From Octopus bimaculoides (lineage: Eukaryota): a stretch of DNA of 64,000 nucleotides. The translations under genes were made by a program, and so were the position numbers. The stretch lies in assembly GCF_001194135.2 (NCBI RefSeq), contig NC_068993.1, positions 16,682,272 to 16,746,271 on the forward strand, given 5' to 3'. Position 1 is the stretch's first letter. Every line of letters begins with the position of its first letter. The notes beneath the pieces are model-generated. The model ran no database searches. It saw nothing but the letters and a program-made list of their open reading frames with translations, and was not told where the DNA came from. Shown in pieces: positions 36,101 through 48,150 of the stretch.

Positions 36101-37983
36101 ATGTATACACGTAATGTATAGTTGATGTTAGGAAAGGCATCTAGCCATAGAAACCATGGAACATGGATGTTAAATGAAGATGATTGTGTATGTATGTACA
36201 ATGTGTATATGTTTGTATCATCTATAAAAGCCCCTCCTACAGTTTGGCAAAGTCCTGATAGGTTTTACCATTCATCAAATAATAGGCACCACTGTTATCC
36301 TTTTCTGTCTAAAAATGTATGAGTATAATTGGAACATTGTCATTATTATAGTTCAACATTTAAAAGTCACATCTTCCAAAAGTTTGAAGTTAGCTTCAAA
36401 TATCACAAAAAATAAAAATTAATTTCTTCCATTGTTTCACACTTAAATTTGTTTATAATTTTGAAATATTCATGTTTTATGCCCTATAAATCAGACTGTT
36501 AATTTTCATAACGTTTGAATTATATTTCAAATTTGATAAAAGTTAAGTGTGATTTATAGAGCATAATGACTGAAGATTTTAAAAATATAAACAAATTTGA
36601 ATGTAAAATATTGAAGCGATAAATTATGTTCTATCTTCCATGATATTTGAAACAACATGATAATTTTTTGAAAATATTTTTTTTTAATGTGTAATGACAG
36701 CATTACTGTGTGTGTGTGTGCATGTGTATACATATATATATTGCCTATATGTTTTTTTATGAAATATTATTGTCTCCTTCTGTTGTTATAGATTGATACT
36801 GATAGAACGCTAAGTAAACATGATTTTATAGTTATATAGAAATTTAAATGTGAAATAATGGAAGAACGAATTATTTTCTACTCTTCTAGATGAAATGATG
36901 TTTTAATAAGCAATTTTGGTAACCTATTTAAGCATCAGACAGTTCTAGCCCAATATTCATAGTCCGACTTCATTCTATGATCTCAAAGTAGTTGTTTGAT
37001 ATGTCTATGCAACATTATACTGTGAAGCTGACCAGAGAAGATGCTTCTTTGAAGATTATGTAGACTGATACAGATTGAAGTCTCAGTCTTGAAGTCTCCA
37101 AGCAAGACGAGGAACCATTTTATTCTCATTTTTCTATGCTTGTTCATCATCCTATCCTCAGCTATTTTAGTGTCATCACAACAAAAGTCAAATCTATAGC
37201 TTACCTTTGTCTTGTACAAGCACATTCTCATTGAAATTACTGTTGTTCCCACATATTTCAGCATCCAGGCAATAATGGGTATCTCTGCTATGTTTGTATG
37301 TATACATATAAGACATGCATATCTAACCCACACAGACTCACTATCTTCTCTCATTGTCTCCTCTTTCTTCCTGTTTCTCCAAGTGCAACTACTATAGCCT
37401 TCTTGACCCACCTGACCCAGCTGTTTCACCAACTTGTGTTAATCCTACTGTGTATAGATTTAGAACTTAACTATGGAATTTGTATTTTAAAGAGAGAGAG
37501 TAAGCAGTCTGTTGAGGGACATTTGATGTCTATTGCTGCCATTATTAATTGATGCTGTCACCATTTATTTGATCTATTCTGAATGACTTTCTGGTCTGCC
37601 AAGAGTGCCTATATTAGGTCACAGCTGCCTTTTTACTTCTTCTTCTTCTTCTTCTTCTTGTAAGAATTTTTGAGTATATTTTCTTTTTGTTGATGCTATT
37701 CTGAATAACTCACAACTTTTTCTCCAAAGCAATTTCTTAAAACAACTTGTATGCTTCGTTAATTCTGTCTGTCTATGGTTTACAGCATTCCAAAGATTTC
37801 TAATGATGACTTTTGAAATAATTACCATAGCGATTCTATAATAATAAAAACCTCAGCAAAACAACAACATAAAAACATCAGTAAAACATTTAAGCAACTT
37901 CTGTCACTGCCACCACTACCACCATCAAACATCAATATTGTTGTTGTTGTCATCATCATCATCATCATCGGCAGCAGCATCTT

Positions 37984-38014
<31 letters not shown>

Positions 38015-39198
38015 CAGCAGCAGCCTGTTTCCTTATCTACATCAATATTAAACAATTTATTGATTTCTTTCTTTCGATGTTACTGAAGTTTTCTTCCTCT
38101 TGGTAAGTTTTGATGATTTCAGTAGTAGTTCTTCCTGTTTTTCAGTTCCCTTGGGAACCAATACTAATATTTCTATCCTACCCTGCTACCCAGTAAATCC
38201 AGCAACCAAAAAATTTATATGGCCCAGACAATTTTTTTTTTTTTGCTGTATGGGGTTGAGATAGTCAGACTAATAACAAATATTACCCCCTTTCCAACCC
38301 AATTCCATTTCCTTTCATGACCCTTCCAATCTATTTTGATTTGGAATTTAGGTCAATAAGCTGTCCCCAAAGGAGGTTACGTTTTTTCTTTCCTACCCAC
38401 TTTTTAATATCTTTTCTAATACCCCAAACACTCAAACATATTCTTCTTCTTTTCTTACTTAAATCCTAAGATTGTCTTTCTTTATACTTTGCTTTGTTTA
38501 TTTTTTATTTTTTTAAGCATTCATGGTACCCCACCACTACCACCACCACACTTTTTATGTCTTCAAAAATTATGAAATTATTTGTTATATGTCTACCATT
38601 ATACCTAGTCTCAGAGATGCTTGTTTTTGTCTCACTATAGTTTTCTGTTTCAAATCGACTTTCTAGTTCCAAAGACTACACGCAAATATTATGGTAATTT
38701 CCTAACTTAACTATTGATTAAATTTGTTCATTCAGTCAATGATGAAGAAAGAGTTTTATGTTAACATTATTTGTTGGTCATTTATGTATGTATTCATTTA
38801 TTTATTAGTAGATATCTAGTGGTTCTATATGACCGGCAAACTTCCCCTCCTTATCTATCTCTCCTCTTTCTCATCCCGTCCTCCATTTTCTGGCATATTT
38901 CCAATTTAACTAGCCATTTCTTCTTTTGTTGTTGTTATATCCATGACAACAACAAGAACAATGAAGAGATATCAACACTAGAAAGTGGAGATGCTTCAGA
39001 GTATTAGGGTGAATAGAAATACTTAGATAAAATTCAGAAGTACAAGTGTTATCGAAGTATATTTAATAACTTAATCTTTAACAACCAAACTTACTTGATA
39101 TAAGGGCTGACCTGACCTAAGCAACAACAACAGTATTTTGAAGGGTCTCGTTGTTGTTTAGACCCAGGTCAGCCCTGATTGAGCTAGTCATTTGTGAC

Positions 39199-39467
39199 CA
39201 GTGCCAGCGCTAGGAAGTGCAGGGCCCAATTAGAGAATTGTCAGTGAGGCCCTCTTCTCTACAAAAGCTAAAGATTGATGTTTTATGCTTTGTGTAGTAT
39301 GCCAGTCCCAGCCAAAAGGTATTGAGGGCTCGAGGCTCCACCATTAGCCATAATGATATACTAAAACTTCATCATAGCATCCTCCACTCGAGCGTGTCCA
39401 TGGGGTTCTCTCTTGGTGCAGGGCCCAATTTGAACAAATCTGTTTAATTGGCTTAAAACCGGCCCTA
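39199..39467. mobile_element. GC-rich MITE with an 8-bp TSD (hAT-like), inserted in an older repeat
   Basis: Ends CAGTGCCAGCGCTAGG / CTTAAAACCGGCCCTA. TSD TTTGTGAC / TCTGTGAC matches 7/8. A perfect 15-bp direct repeat GTGCAGGGCCCAATT lies at 39217 and 39416. Confidence 0.7.
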
Positions 39468-42400
39468 TCTGTGACCATCTTACTTTGGGATAATTGGGGA
39501 AATTTGGTATTGAATGACCAGATTAGAGATCTTCAATTCTGATCAAATAAACTTTTGGTTTGATGCCATTCCAGCCATGCTCATTGTTGAGTATTTAGGT
39601 AGCATTACTTGTACTAAATTTGACAAGACATTTTGTTTGTGACTCTAATGCAAGAATGCCAGCATACTGCCAGTGGGCTGGATCTGGCCCCCAACTCAGT
39701 TTTGTAAAACAAATTTTTATTTTAAAATATTGTATAATATACGTCACTAGCATTTGTTCAGATTAGGTGCCCAACTAGATTTAAGATTAACACTGTTTCT
39801 GATTAGTCAAATCAGTACATCTAAAGGAATCTTTTCTATCTCAACCAATAAGAAAGAAGCTTATGGATCCATACACTAAAGAATGTGACCTGTTTCCTTT
39901 TTGTCTATACAGGCAAAGCCAAATGGAAATAGTTCAGTTCTTTTTTGTTGTTTTTCTTTTCAAATTTATGCACCCATTTGTCTGAATGGATTCTAGTGAT
40001 ATATATTCAGATGGATATATCTGAATGGATTCTAGTGATATATATATAAACAATAATAAAAGGTTTTGCTGCTGAAACAATGCAAGATTTCTACCAAGCA
40101 TTGAAATTTTCAAGAACTGTGTGCATTCATTTGGACAATTTCTATCTTCTTTCTTACTGTATGGATTGTTGCTTAAAGAGATCTGTAATACACCAAGTAG
40201 AGGAGGTTTTTCAACACATCTCTGCAACACAACTTTTACTAACATCTCATGTTTTTCCTTTCTTTATTATTGATAAAATTGATATAACATATATTGATCC
40301 CTTTAACCATTTACTTTGACCTACATTATAAATAGGGATTTTCAGAATAATTGTCCCTATCTAACTTCTGAGAACTGCTTTATGCTTCAAATTGGCCTCC
40401 AAAGCCAAATGAGTTTGACATTCTTGCTCCTAAACATGTGTGGTATTCAGATACATCACTTTTCATTGTGAGTTCAAATCATGCCAAACTCAACTCTCTT
40501 TCATCCTTCATGAGTTGATGAAATAATTACCAGTCAAGTACTGGGATCAATGTAATTGACTGTATTACACTGCACCAAATTTTTTAGCCAATGTTAGAAA
40601 TCAATATTTATTGTAAATATTGGTTTGTATATGAAAGAGAATCCAGTTGCATGATTATATACATAAGTTTGTTAACCATTTAGCATTTAAACCAGCCATA
40701 TTCAGCTTAAATATTCTACTTGCTTTATATTCAAACTGGCCATTTCTGGCCTCTCATACCTACTTACAATGTCATTCTAACAATAAACAATTACATCATT
40801 GAAATTTTAAAGCTATGAGATTATTCATGATTAGTTCAAAACAATGTGAAGAAATAAGCATTACATTTGAAAGAGTAAGGTTAATAACACTAGAATTATC
40901 ATATTCCTTCCCCACACCCAAACATCATGGGGGGAAAGTCAGAATTTCAACTAATAGCTGTCTTAAAGGAGAACCTACAGTCATGGCCAAAATTTGGAAC
41001 ATGGGTCTGAAAATTAGAATTTATATATTAAATGCCCAAAGTTATATTTGAACCAAATTGTACTCGGGCATAACAATTAATATTTTTTTTAAAATGTTCC
41101 AAACTTTTGGTCATGACTGTAATTGTATAATGCAATCCAGTATACACTATTCCCCAGAAAAGACATGGCTTGAATGCCTTTGATCATTGGTATATCAGGT
41201 TATGACTGACCTGGTGCTAAACAATGTCAGCTACTTGATCTTTGGATATCTTTAGCAAATATCCAGCCCAAACTTCTGATCCATCTATACCCATTTTTTC
41301 TTTTTTTTCTGCAAACATTGATCTGCAGGATGGGTGTTAACACCCCACCATCAATCCTTCCAAAAAAGAAAGCTTGCAAAGATCATAAACACTGCCTTTC
41401 ACCTTCTGATTAACTTCTTGTAAACGCAGAAGAAAGATGTCATTAGTTTTTAAATGCTGTGATGAAGTCAGTGAAGTGAGATTTTGAGAAAAAGAGAGTA
41501 TTTAGTGAAATAACCTGCCAATTGGTTGATAGGGCCAAAAGAAAGAAGAGAATAAGGCAGTGTTTTTTAATCTTTCTTTTCATGTATTTCTCTCCTTTAT
41601 CAGTTTCACTTCTCTTATTCCACACACTTCACATATGCTAAGAGGAAAAGTAGTCCTATTCACAACACAATTCATTGCTTAATATTAAGAACTTTATATT
41701 ACTTAGAATCTTTAAAAAATCAAAAGTTAGGAAAATAAATCTAGCAAAAACGGTGCCAATAATGATATTGTTCAACCTAAAAGCAATTTCCTCCAATGGA
41801 ATTCCAAAATTACCCGTGAATCATAAAATTTCTCACTTGGATGAAAATTTTCCCTACATTAAGTAAATAGACAGAGTAAATAGAATTATTATATCCTGTA
41901 ACAAGGTGTTTCATTGTTGGGAAAAATATGAAATATTTTTATCAAAGGAAAATAAAGAAAATTTCATTTCAAACACTTATATTTATCGTATTATGTACCT
42001 CAAGCTAACAAACAGTTTGAGCACCACCAACCTGTGGAGCAAATTCAATTTTCTGTTGAAGCCCTTTGAATATGACATGTTCAAATTTGTATAACAGCCT
42101 ACCTTCAGTAGACAGCAAGTAGTGTATGTTGCTGTACTTCTTGTTTAAATTCATGCCAACCTTGAATAGACAAATCTAGAACAAAAAGTATTTTAATCAT
42201 GACCAAGTCGTTTCTATATATGCAACGAAACAATAAACTAGAAATCCCCAAACGAGTATTATCCTTACCATAATTAGAATCCCAATAAAGGACAATCACA
42301 TAATATTAATGTATGGTATGATATATATATATATATAATAAAATCACCATAAGCCAAGAAACCATAAGCAAGTTCAGTTTTACAAGAACTAGAATTTCAA

Positions 42401-42779
42401 TGAAAGACAACTTAAAACCATGAAAACACAAAACACAATCAATAAGCATATCTAATCCCATCTTCAGCTGTCTCACACACACACACACGATAACTGAAAG
42501 GCTCCGACTTCCAATTTTGTATGTGGCATTCACAAAGATTTTTAAACCAAAGCACAAAGGATAAGCGTTTTCTTCAAACTTTCATTCCATATTTCAAAAA
42601 ATATTCACTGTCTAAATATTTCAAAAGAAAAGCATGCTTAGTTCACCAGCTGATAATCGGAAGTGAGTAACTCTGAGTACTGGAAATTGGAGCCTTTCAG
42701 TTATTATGTATTAAAGAATACTCTACTTTCGTATTGAGCTCTGTAATTTATTGTTTCTGGTGAATAAACAGAGATTTCA

Positions 42780-43060
42780 TCATCATTTGATGTCTGTTGG
42801 CATGGGGTGGACAGTTTGACAGGAGCTCACCACCCAGAGAGCTGTCCAGGCTCCAGTTGTCTGTTTTGACATGATTTCTACAGCGGGATGCCCTTCGTAA
42901 TACCAATCACTTTACAGAGTGTGCTGGGTACTTTTTACATACTACCAGCATGGGTGCTTTTACGTGGCACGGGCAAGAATGCATTTTATGTCGTACCAGC
43001 ATGAGTGCATCTTATATGGCACTGGCACAAATACATTCTATGTGGCACCAACATCCATAA
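42780..43060 (-). mobile_element. RTE 3' UTR fragment
   Basis: Same family as 31645-32010. Confidence 0.7.
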
Positions 43061-43084
43061 GAGAAAGACCTCTCAGCTGTGAGA

Positions 43085-43260
43085 AGAGCTGGCAGAATTG
43101 TTAGCACACCTGGCAAAATGCTTAGTCCGTCCTTACATTCTGAGTTCAAATTCCGCTGAGGTCAAGTTTACCTTTCATTCTCTCGGGATCAATAGATTAA
43201 GTACCAGTTGAGTGCTGGGGGTCGATGTAATCAACTAGTCCCCTCCCCACGTTTCAGGCA
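43085..43260 (+). mobile_element. SINE family B
   Basis: 'gagctggcagaattgttagcacacc...ttctgagttcaaattccgctgaggtc'. Confidence 0.85.
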
Positions 43261-45340
43261 CTTTGCTTATTGTAAGAAAGGATTATTATTATTATTAAGA
43301 GGTTGACTTTGTCTTTTACCCTTCCAGGAACAAGAAAATTAAGTACCATTTTTGAGTACTGGAACCAATGTAATTGACTTGTTTTCCCCACTCCTCTAAA
43401 AAATTGCTGGCCTTGTGCTAAAATTAGAAAGAACTATTATTTTTTGTTATTATTATTATTATTATGGTATATAACCTTTAGCTTGCAGAATCATTAGTGC
43501 ATCAGATAGCAGCATATCATCAATCTTTATATTCTAAGTTTAAATTCTACCAAGGTGCACTTTGTCTTTCATCTTATAGGCTCAATGAAATAAGTACCAG
43601 TTGAACCCTGGGGTCAGTGTAATTGACTCACTCCCTCAAACTTGCTGGCTTTGTGCCAAAATTTGAAACCATTATTACTATTATATAAAAAAAAACACCA
43701 TCATTCTCATTATTATTAATATTATAAAAGAAATTGCTGTCATCATCATCATCAGTGCTGATTCACCAAGCCACATTCATAGCAGTGGTACCTCAGCTTC
43801 ACTGAATGCAACATTGAATTAGCATATAACATTCAGCATTCCTCAAGAGCCAATTCTGTGTGTAGTTTCTCGACCTAGAAACAACACACCAATTCTCTCT
43901 CTCTCTCTCTCTCTCATCACATTCTACCATCTTAAAAAAAGAAGGGAAAATACTATAAGGATTTAGTTCTAGATATACTAATCTGCGAAAAAAAAAAAAA
44001 TGCAGGATAATCATAGATGGTATGCCTTTGATCATAGTTTTGTTGGTTCAAAACTGACCTGTGCTGAAGTAACAACAACATATGGCTATTTAAATTGGTT
44101 CTCTACTGACTTTGCTATCTCCACTGATAACAAAACATAATAATAAATCATCCACGAAAGTTTTAAAGAGAAAGAAGCATTTCTCTATAAAATATTTGAA
44201 ATTACATTTATCATAGCCATTTCCTGATTGACTAGACAAGCAGTTTCCTAAACTAAGTTCTTCTAACTTCCTGTTGTGTTGATCTTCTGCAAGTATCCCA
44301 TAAGGATTCTGCTAGAGAATTTCTTTAACCTTTTGCTTGTTGGCCCATAAACCATAAACTTAATTCATACCATAAATAATGTGAGATGCCTTCAAGTCAT
44401 TGGGCAATACTCTACATATGTAGCTGAAAAATAAAATGTCACTATTAGTTATTTATATGTAAAAAAAAAAAAAAAGAACAAAAAAACCCCCATCTCATCT
44501 AAAGACACCTGCTTTGATTGTATATGTAAGTGTATGAATTGATAAAACAATCTATCCTACAGGTTCAGATCTGACCATGTGGTTAAGGAGTTTGTAACTA
44601 GATGATTCTAGGTTCAATCCCACTTTGGTCATATGAGTTTCTTCATAAATATACATGTATGTATGTGTGTGCTTATGTTGTGTCCCTCTATGTCTTGTAA
44701 CTTAACAGTTCAATAAATAGAGAATTATAAAATGAGTACCAGACTGTAATAATATTGGAGTCAATATTGTCCATTAAAGCAGAACCAAAGCATAGATAGC
44801 TGCAGTTTATTGACAAAAGCCAGTGGAAGAGTGATTTTTTTTAATGCTAATTTGGAAAGAAAAGATATGTAAAAATGATATTGAGAAAGAAAAGAAATTT
44901 TTGATTGATAATATTGACTTCTTTTTTATTTAGAAATAAAAAAATATAAGGTTAGTTTTTGTAAAGAATGGCATGCAATTCAATGAATTATGTGCTATAT
45001 ACTCCTTCTTATTTTATCAATCTCAGATTGATAAATAGGTAAAATCAGAGCCTGGTGAGCTTTGAACTCAAAACACAGTGAATAGAAACTAAACACTTAA
45101 AAATTATAATTTCTGAAACAATTAACCTTATCTTTAGCCCTTTATAAAATCAATCTCCTTATGACCACCCTTGGTTATTAGATCAAAACTTCTGGTTTTC
45201 AAATAATACAAAATTTCAGGTTAATCTATGTTCCAAACATCAGCTTAATAATGACAAAGTTATTTTATTAAGTCGCTGCTATAATATATAATACATAATA
45301 TATAGCTATAACATATATAATTATAGCAGTGACTCTGTCT

Positions 45341-45385
45341 AAGAATATCTGAAGAAGGAATTGTATTCCGAAATATCATCAGACT
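45341..45385 (+). ncRNA. Hammerhead-like core with a weak stem I
   Basis: CTGAAGA-A-GGAAT-TGT-ATTCC-GAAATATC. Confidence 0.4.
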
Positions 45386-45469
45386 ATAGATAACTAAATT
45401 ACAACAGGTATATAATCCATCTTTTGTATTATAGTGCATTGTTGTACCATTCAAAACTTTTTATTCTTT

Positions 45470-45700
45470 ACAAACAATACACAGTGCTTCAAGCGAACTA
45501 CAATACTCTCCGATCAGCATTTATCCATGGGTGTGCAGGTATTTTGAAAATACTTTATGGAATGGCAACCATGCTCTGCATGATTACGGGCTACCCTTGG
45601 CAAGGCATAGCACTCGTTCATCCACCCTGTCAAGGATACGACAAAGTCATGGGACTGCAGCATGACAGATTGTGAAGAGGCAGCAAAAGAGCTCAACTGA
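45470..45700 (+). pseudogene. Decayed RTE (BovB-like) 3' ORF fragment
   Basis: KILYGMAT and VKDTTKSWDCSMTDCEEAAK recall the KQLLYGEL..FKD..K....WE..A. region of RTE LINEs. Confidence 0.4.
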
Positions 45701-46018
45701 GCCAACGGTGCTCCTTACATTGATGCTGAGTGGGGAAATCCTAGAAGATCAATGGTCAGGATCACCAAGCTCTGTAAAGAGAGTAACTGAAATGCATCCA
45801 TAGGGATGGTATCCATGGTTGTGTAACGAGCTAATGAAAGATTCATTATGATTCAAGTTCCCAATTCAGATTCATAATAATGGAATTGGATGTCAAGAGA
45901 GTCATGTGAATCTGTGAAAAAATATCCAAAATATTGTCAATTCATGTGATTATAATCATTTACATATCAATAAACTCAAGAAAGGTTGGGTGTTACTGAT
46001 GGCTTTTTTGTATTTATA

Positions 46019-46067
46019 TCTACACTGCGTTTCAGTTGGTTTAGTTGCCAATCATCTTCAGGTCTTG
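46019..46067 (-). ncRNA. Degenerate hammerhead-like motif
   Basis: Minus strand CAAGAC-CTGAAGA-T-GATTGG(CAACTAAA)CCAACT-GAAACGCA-GTGTAG. Confidence 0.4.
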
Positions 46068-46089
46068 TTATTCCTGGATAATATTGTTG

Positions 46090-46310
46090 TTGTTATCATC
46101 ATTTAATGTCCCCTATTCCATTCTAGCATGGATTGGGTAGTTTGACAGAATCCAACAAGCTAGAAAGCTTCTGTGAGTTCCAGTGTCTGCTTTGGCAAAG
46201 TTTCTATGACTGAATGCCCTTCCTAACACCAACCACTTCACATAGTGTACCGAATGGTTTTTTTTTTTCATTGCACCAACACCAGTGATGTCACCAAGTA
46301 ACTTGCAAAA
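46090..46310 (-). mobile_element. RTE 3' UTR fragment
   Basis: 'tgcccttcctaacaccaaccacttcac'. Confidence 0.7.
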
Positions 46311-46421
46311 CACTACACCTTGTATTAAACTGGTTATAAATTAGAAGCCTTTACTTTTAAACTAAGGGTAGTAGGGCTCTTATCAACTAAGTCGTGTACA
46401 TTCAGCAGCAGCCTATCTTTG

Positions 46422-46480
46422 ATTTACAAGTAACAGTTCCTAGTTCAAATTTACAAGTAACAGTTCCTAGTTCAAATTTA
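46422..46480. repeat. Perfect 27-bp tandem duplication
   Basis: ATTTACAAGTAACAGTTCCTAGTTCAA twice, followed by ATTTA. Confidence 0.95.
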
Positions 46481-47534
46481 ATTAATGTACTTGGACAAGA
46501 ACAAGAAGTTTGATGAATGGGAATGTAGTGTAGTTATAGATAGTTTTTTTCTTTTAAAGAAGTTTCATTACTAAAGATGTTAATATATATATATTTTTAA
46601 ATTAGGCAGTCAAATACTTAAGTTATTACAGAGTAAAATCAGAAATCTGGGGAAATTGGTGTTGCAAACAAAATTTAGTCCATAGGTAAGTTCATAAAAC
46701 AACTCAATAAGTTCAATATATACCTGAATGTAGTTGGAATTAGCAAACTCTTTTAGAAACTCTCCTTTAAAGTATCTTGAATCTGATATGCTCTCCTGTT
46801 TCTGCCAACTTACAGACTTATTATGACCTGCAATAGTCTGTAAAAATGGAAAGATGACCAAGATAATGACCATTAGACAGGCTAGTTTACCTTACTGTTC
46901 ATTTACAACCATCACTTGATGTCAAGACAAGGATACTCACACACACATATACATACATGACTGGTGTCTTTCAATTTCCGTCCACCAAATTTGCTCACAA
47001 GGCTTGGGTTGGTGCCTGGAGCTATAGTAGATGTTTGCCCAAGGTGTCACACACAAAACCACATGGTTAAGATGAAAGTGTGTCAACCACACTGCCATGT
47101 CCTCCGCATATATAAGTTTGTGTGTATTAATGTACATATTTATGTGTGTATATTATATGTAAATATCATCCACATGTATATATCTATATATGTGTGTGTG
47201 AAGAGAGACACATACAAACACCCATACACATATGGATACAATCTATCTATATATCTATATCCATATATCAGCATAAAATTTTAACATTGCTGAGAACACC
47301 GATAAACTGGTGCTTTGAGATGAAAATCCTTTGTGGTATTTGTTCCGCCTGACTTACACAAAGAATCGTTTTTACCATTGTAAATGCAATGAAGCGGAGA
47401 TTGGCCTATTGGAATCCTGTAACCAATGGCGCTACATTTTTCATAAAATGCTACATTAAAGAAGTAAATAAGTTAAACATTTTTAGTATTTTGATATTAC
47501 ATACATTTCTATTTTCATATTTATACATAGGTTA

Positions 47535-47750
47535 AAGCAGAGAAATGGCAGAATTGTTAGCATGCTGGGCACACTGCTTAGCAGCATTTTGTCTGTCTTT
47601 ATGTTCTGAGTACAAATTCCACTGAGGTTGACTTTGCCTTTCATCCTTTTGGAGTTGATAGAATAAGAACCAGTTGAGCACTGGGGTTGATCTAATCAAC
47701 TTACTCCCTCCCCCGAAAATTTCTGGCATTGTGCCAAAATTTGAAACCAA
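47535..47750 (+). mobile_element. SINE family B, full length
   Basis: Head 'gaaatggcagaattgttagcatgc' through tail 'aaatttgaaaccaatatt'. Confidence 0.85.
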
Positions 47751-47764
47751 TATTCATATATAAG

Positions 47765-48150
47765 TGCAGACATAGCTGCGTGTATGTGTGTGCATGTGTG
47801 GTTAAGAGGGTCAGTTTGGTTTCGGGTTCAGTCCCATGGTTTCGGTTCAGTCCTGTTGCATGGTAACTTGGACAAGTGTCTTCAATTATCCCTGGGTCAA
47901 CCAATGCCTTGAAAATGAATGGAAACTTTGTCAGAGCTGTGTGTGTGTGTTTGTTCCCCACCCCCTGTTTGACAATAGGTGCTGGTGTTTAAATCATCAA
48001 ACTTAGTGGTTCAGTGAAAGAGACTGATAAAATAAGTATCAGACTTTAAAAAAAAAACATAAGTACTAGGGGCAATTTGACTAAACCCTTCAAGATGTTG
48101 TCCCAATATGGCCATAATCCAATGACCGAAACAAGTAAAAGATAAAAGAT
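47765..48150 (+). mobile_element. SINE family A, diverged
   Basis: Head, core and tail are all recognisable. Confidence 0.75.

Noticed and set aside
36983-37432. 149-aa minus ORF containing LVLLGDFK, reminiscent of a LINE APE endonuclease
   Set aside because: Only one short motif matches and the other APE motifs are absent. It may be a very old LINE remnant but is not supportable.
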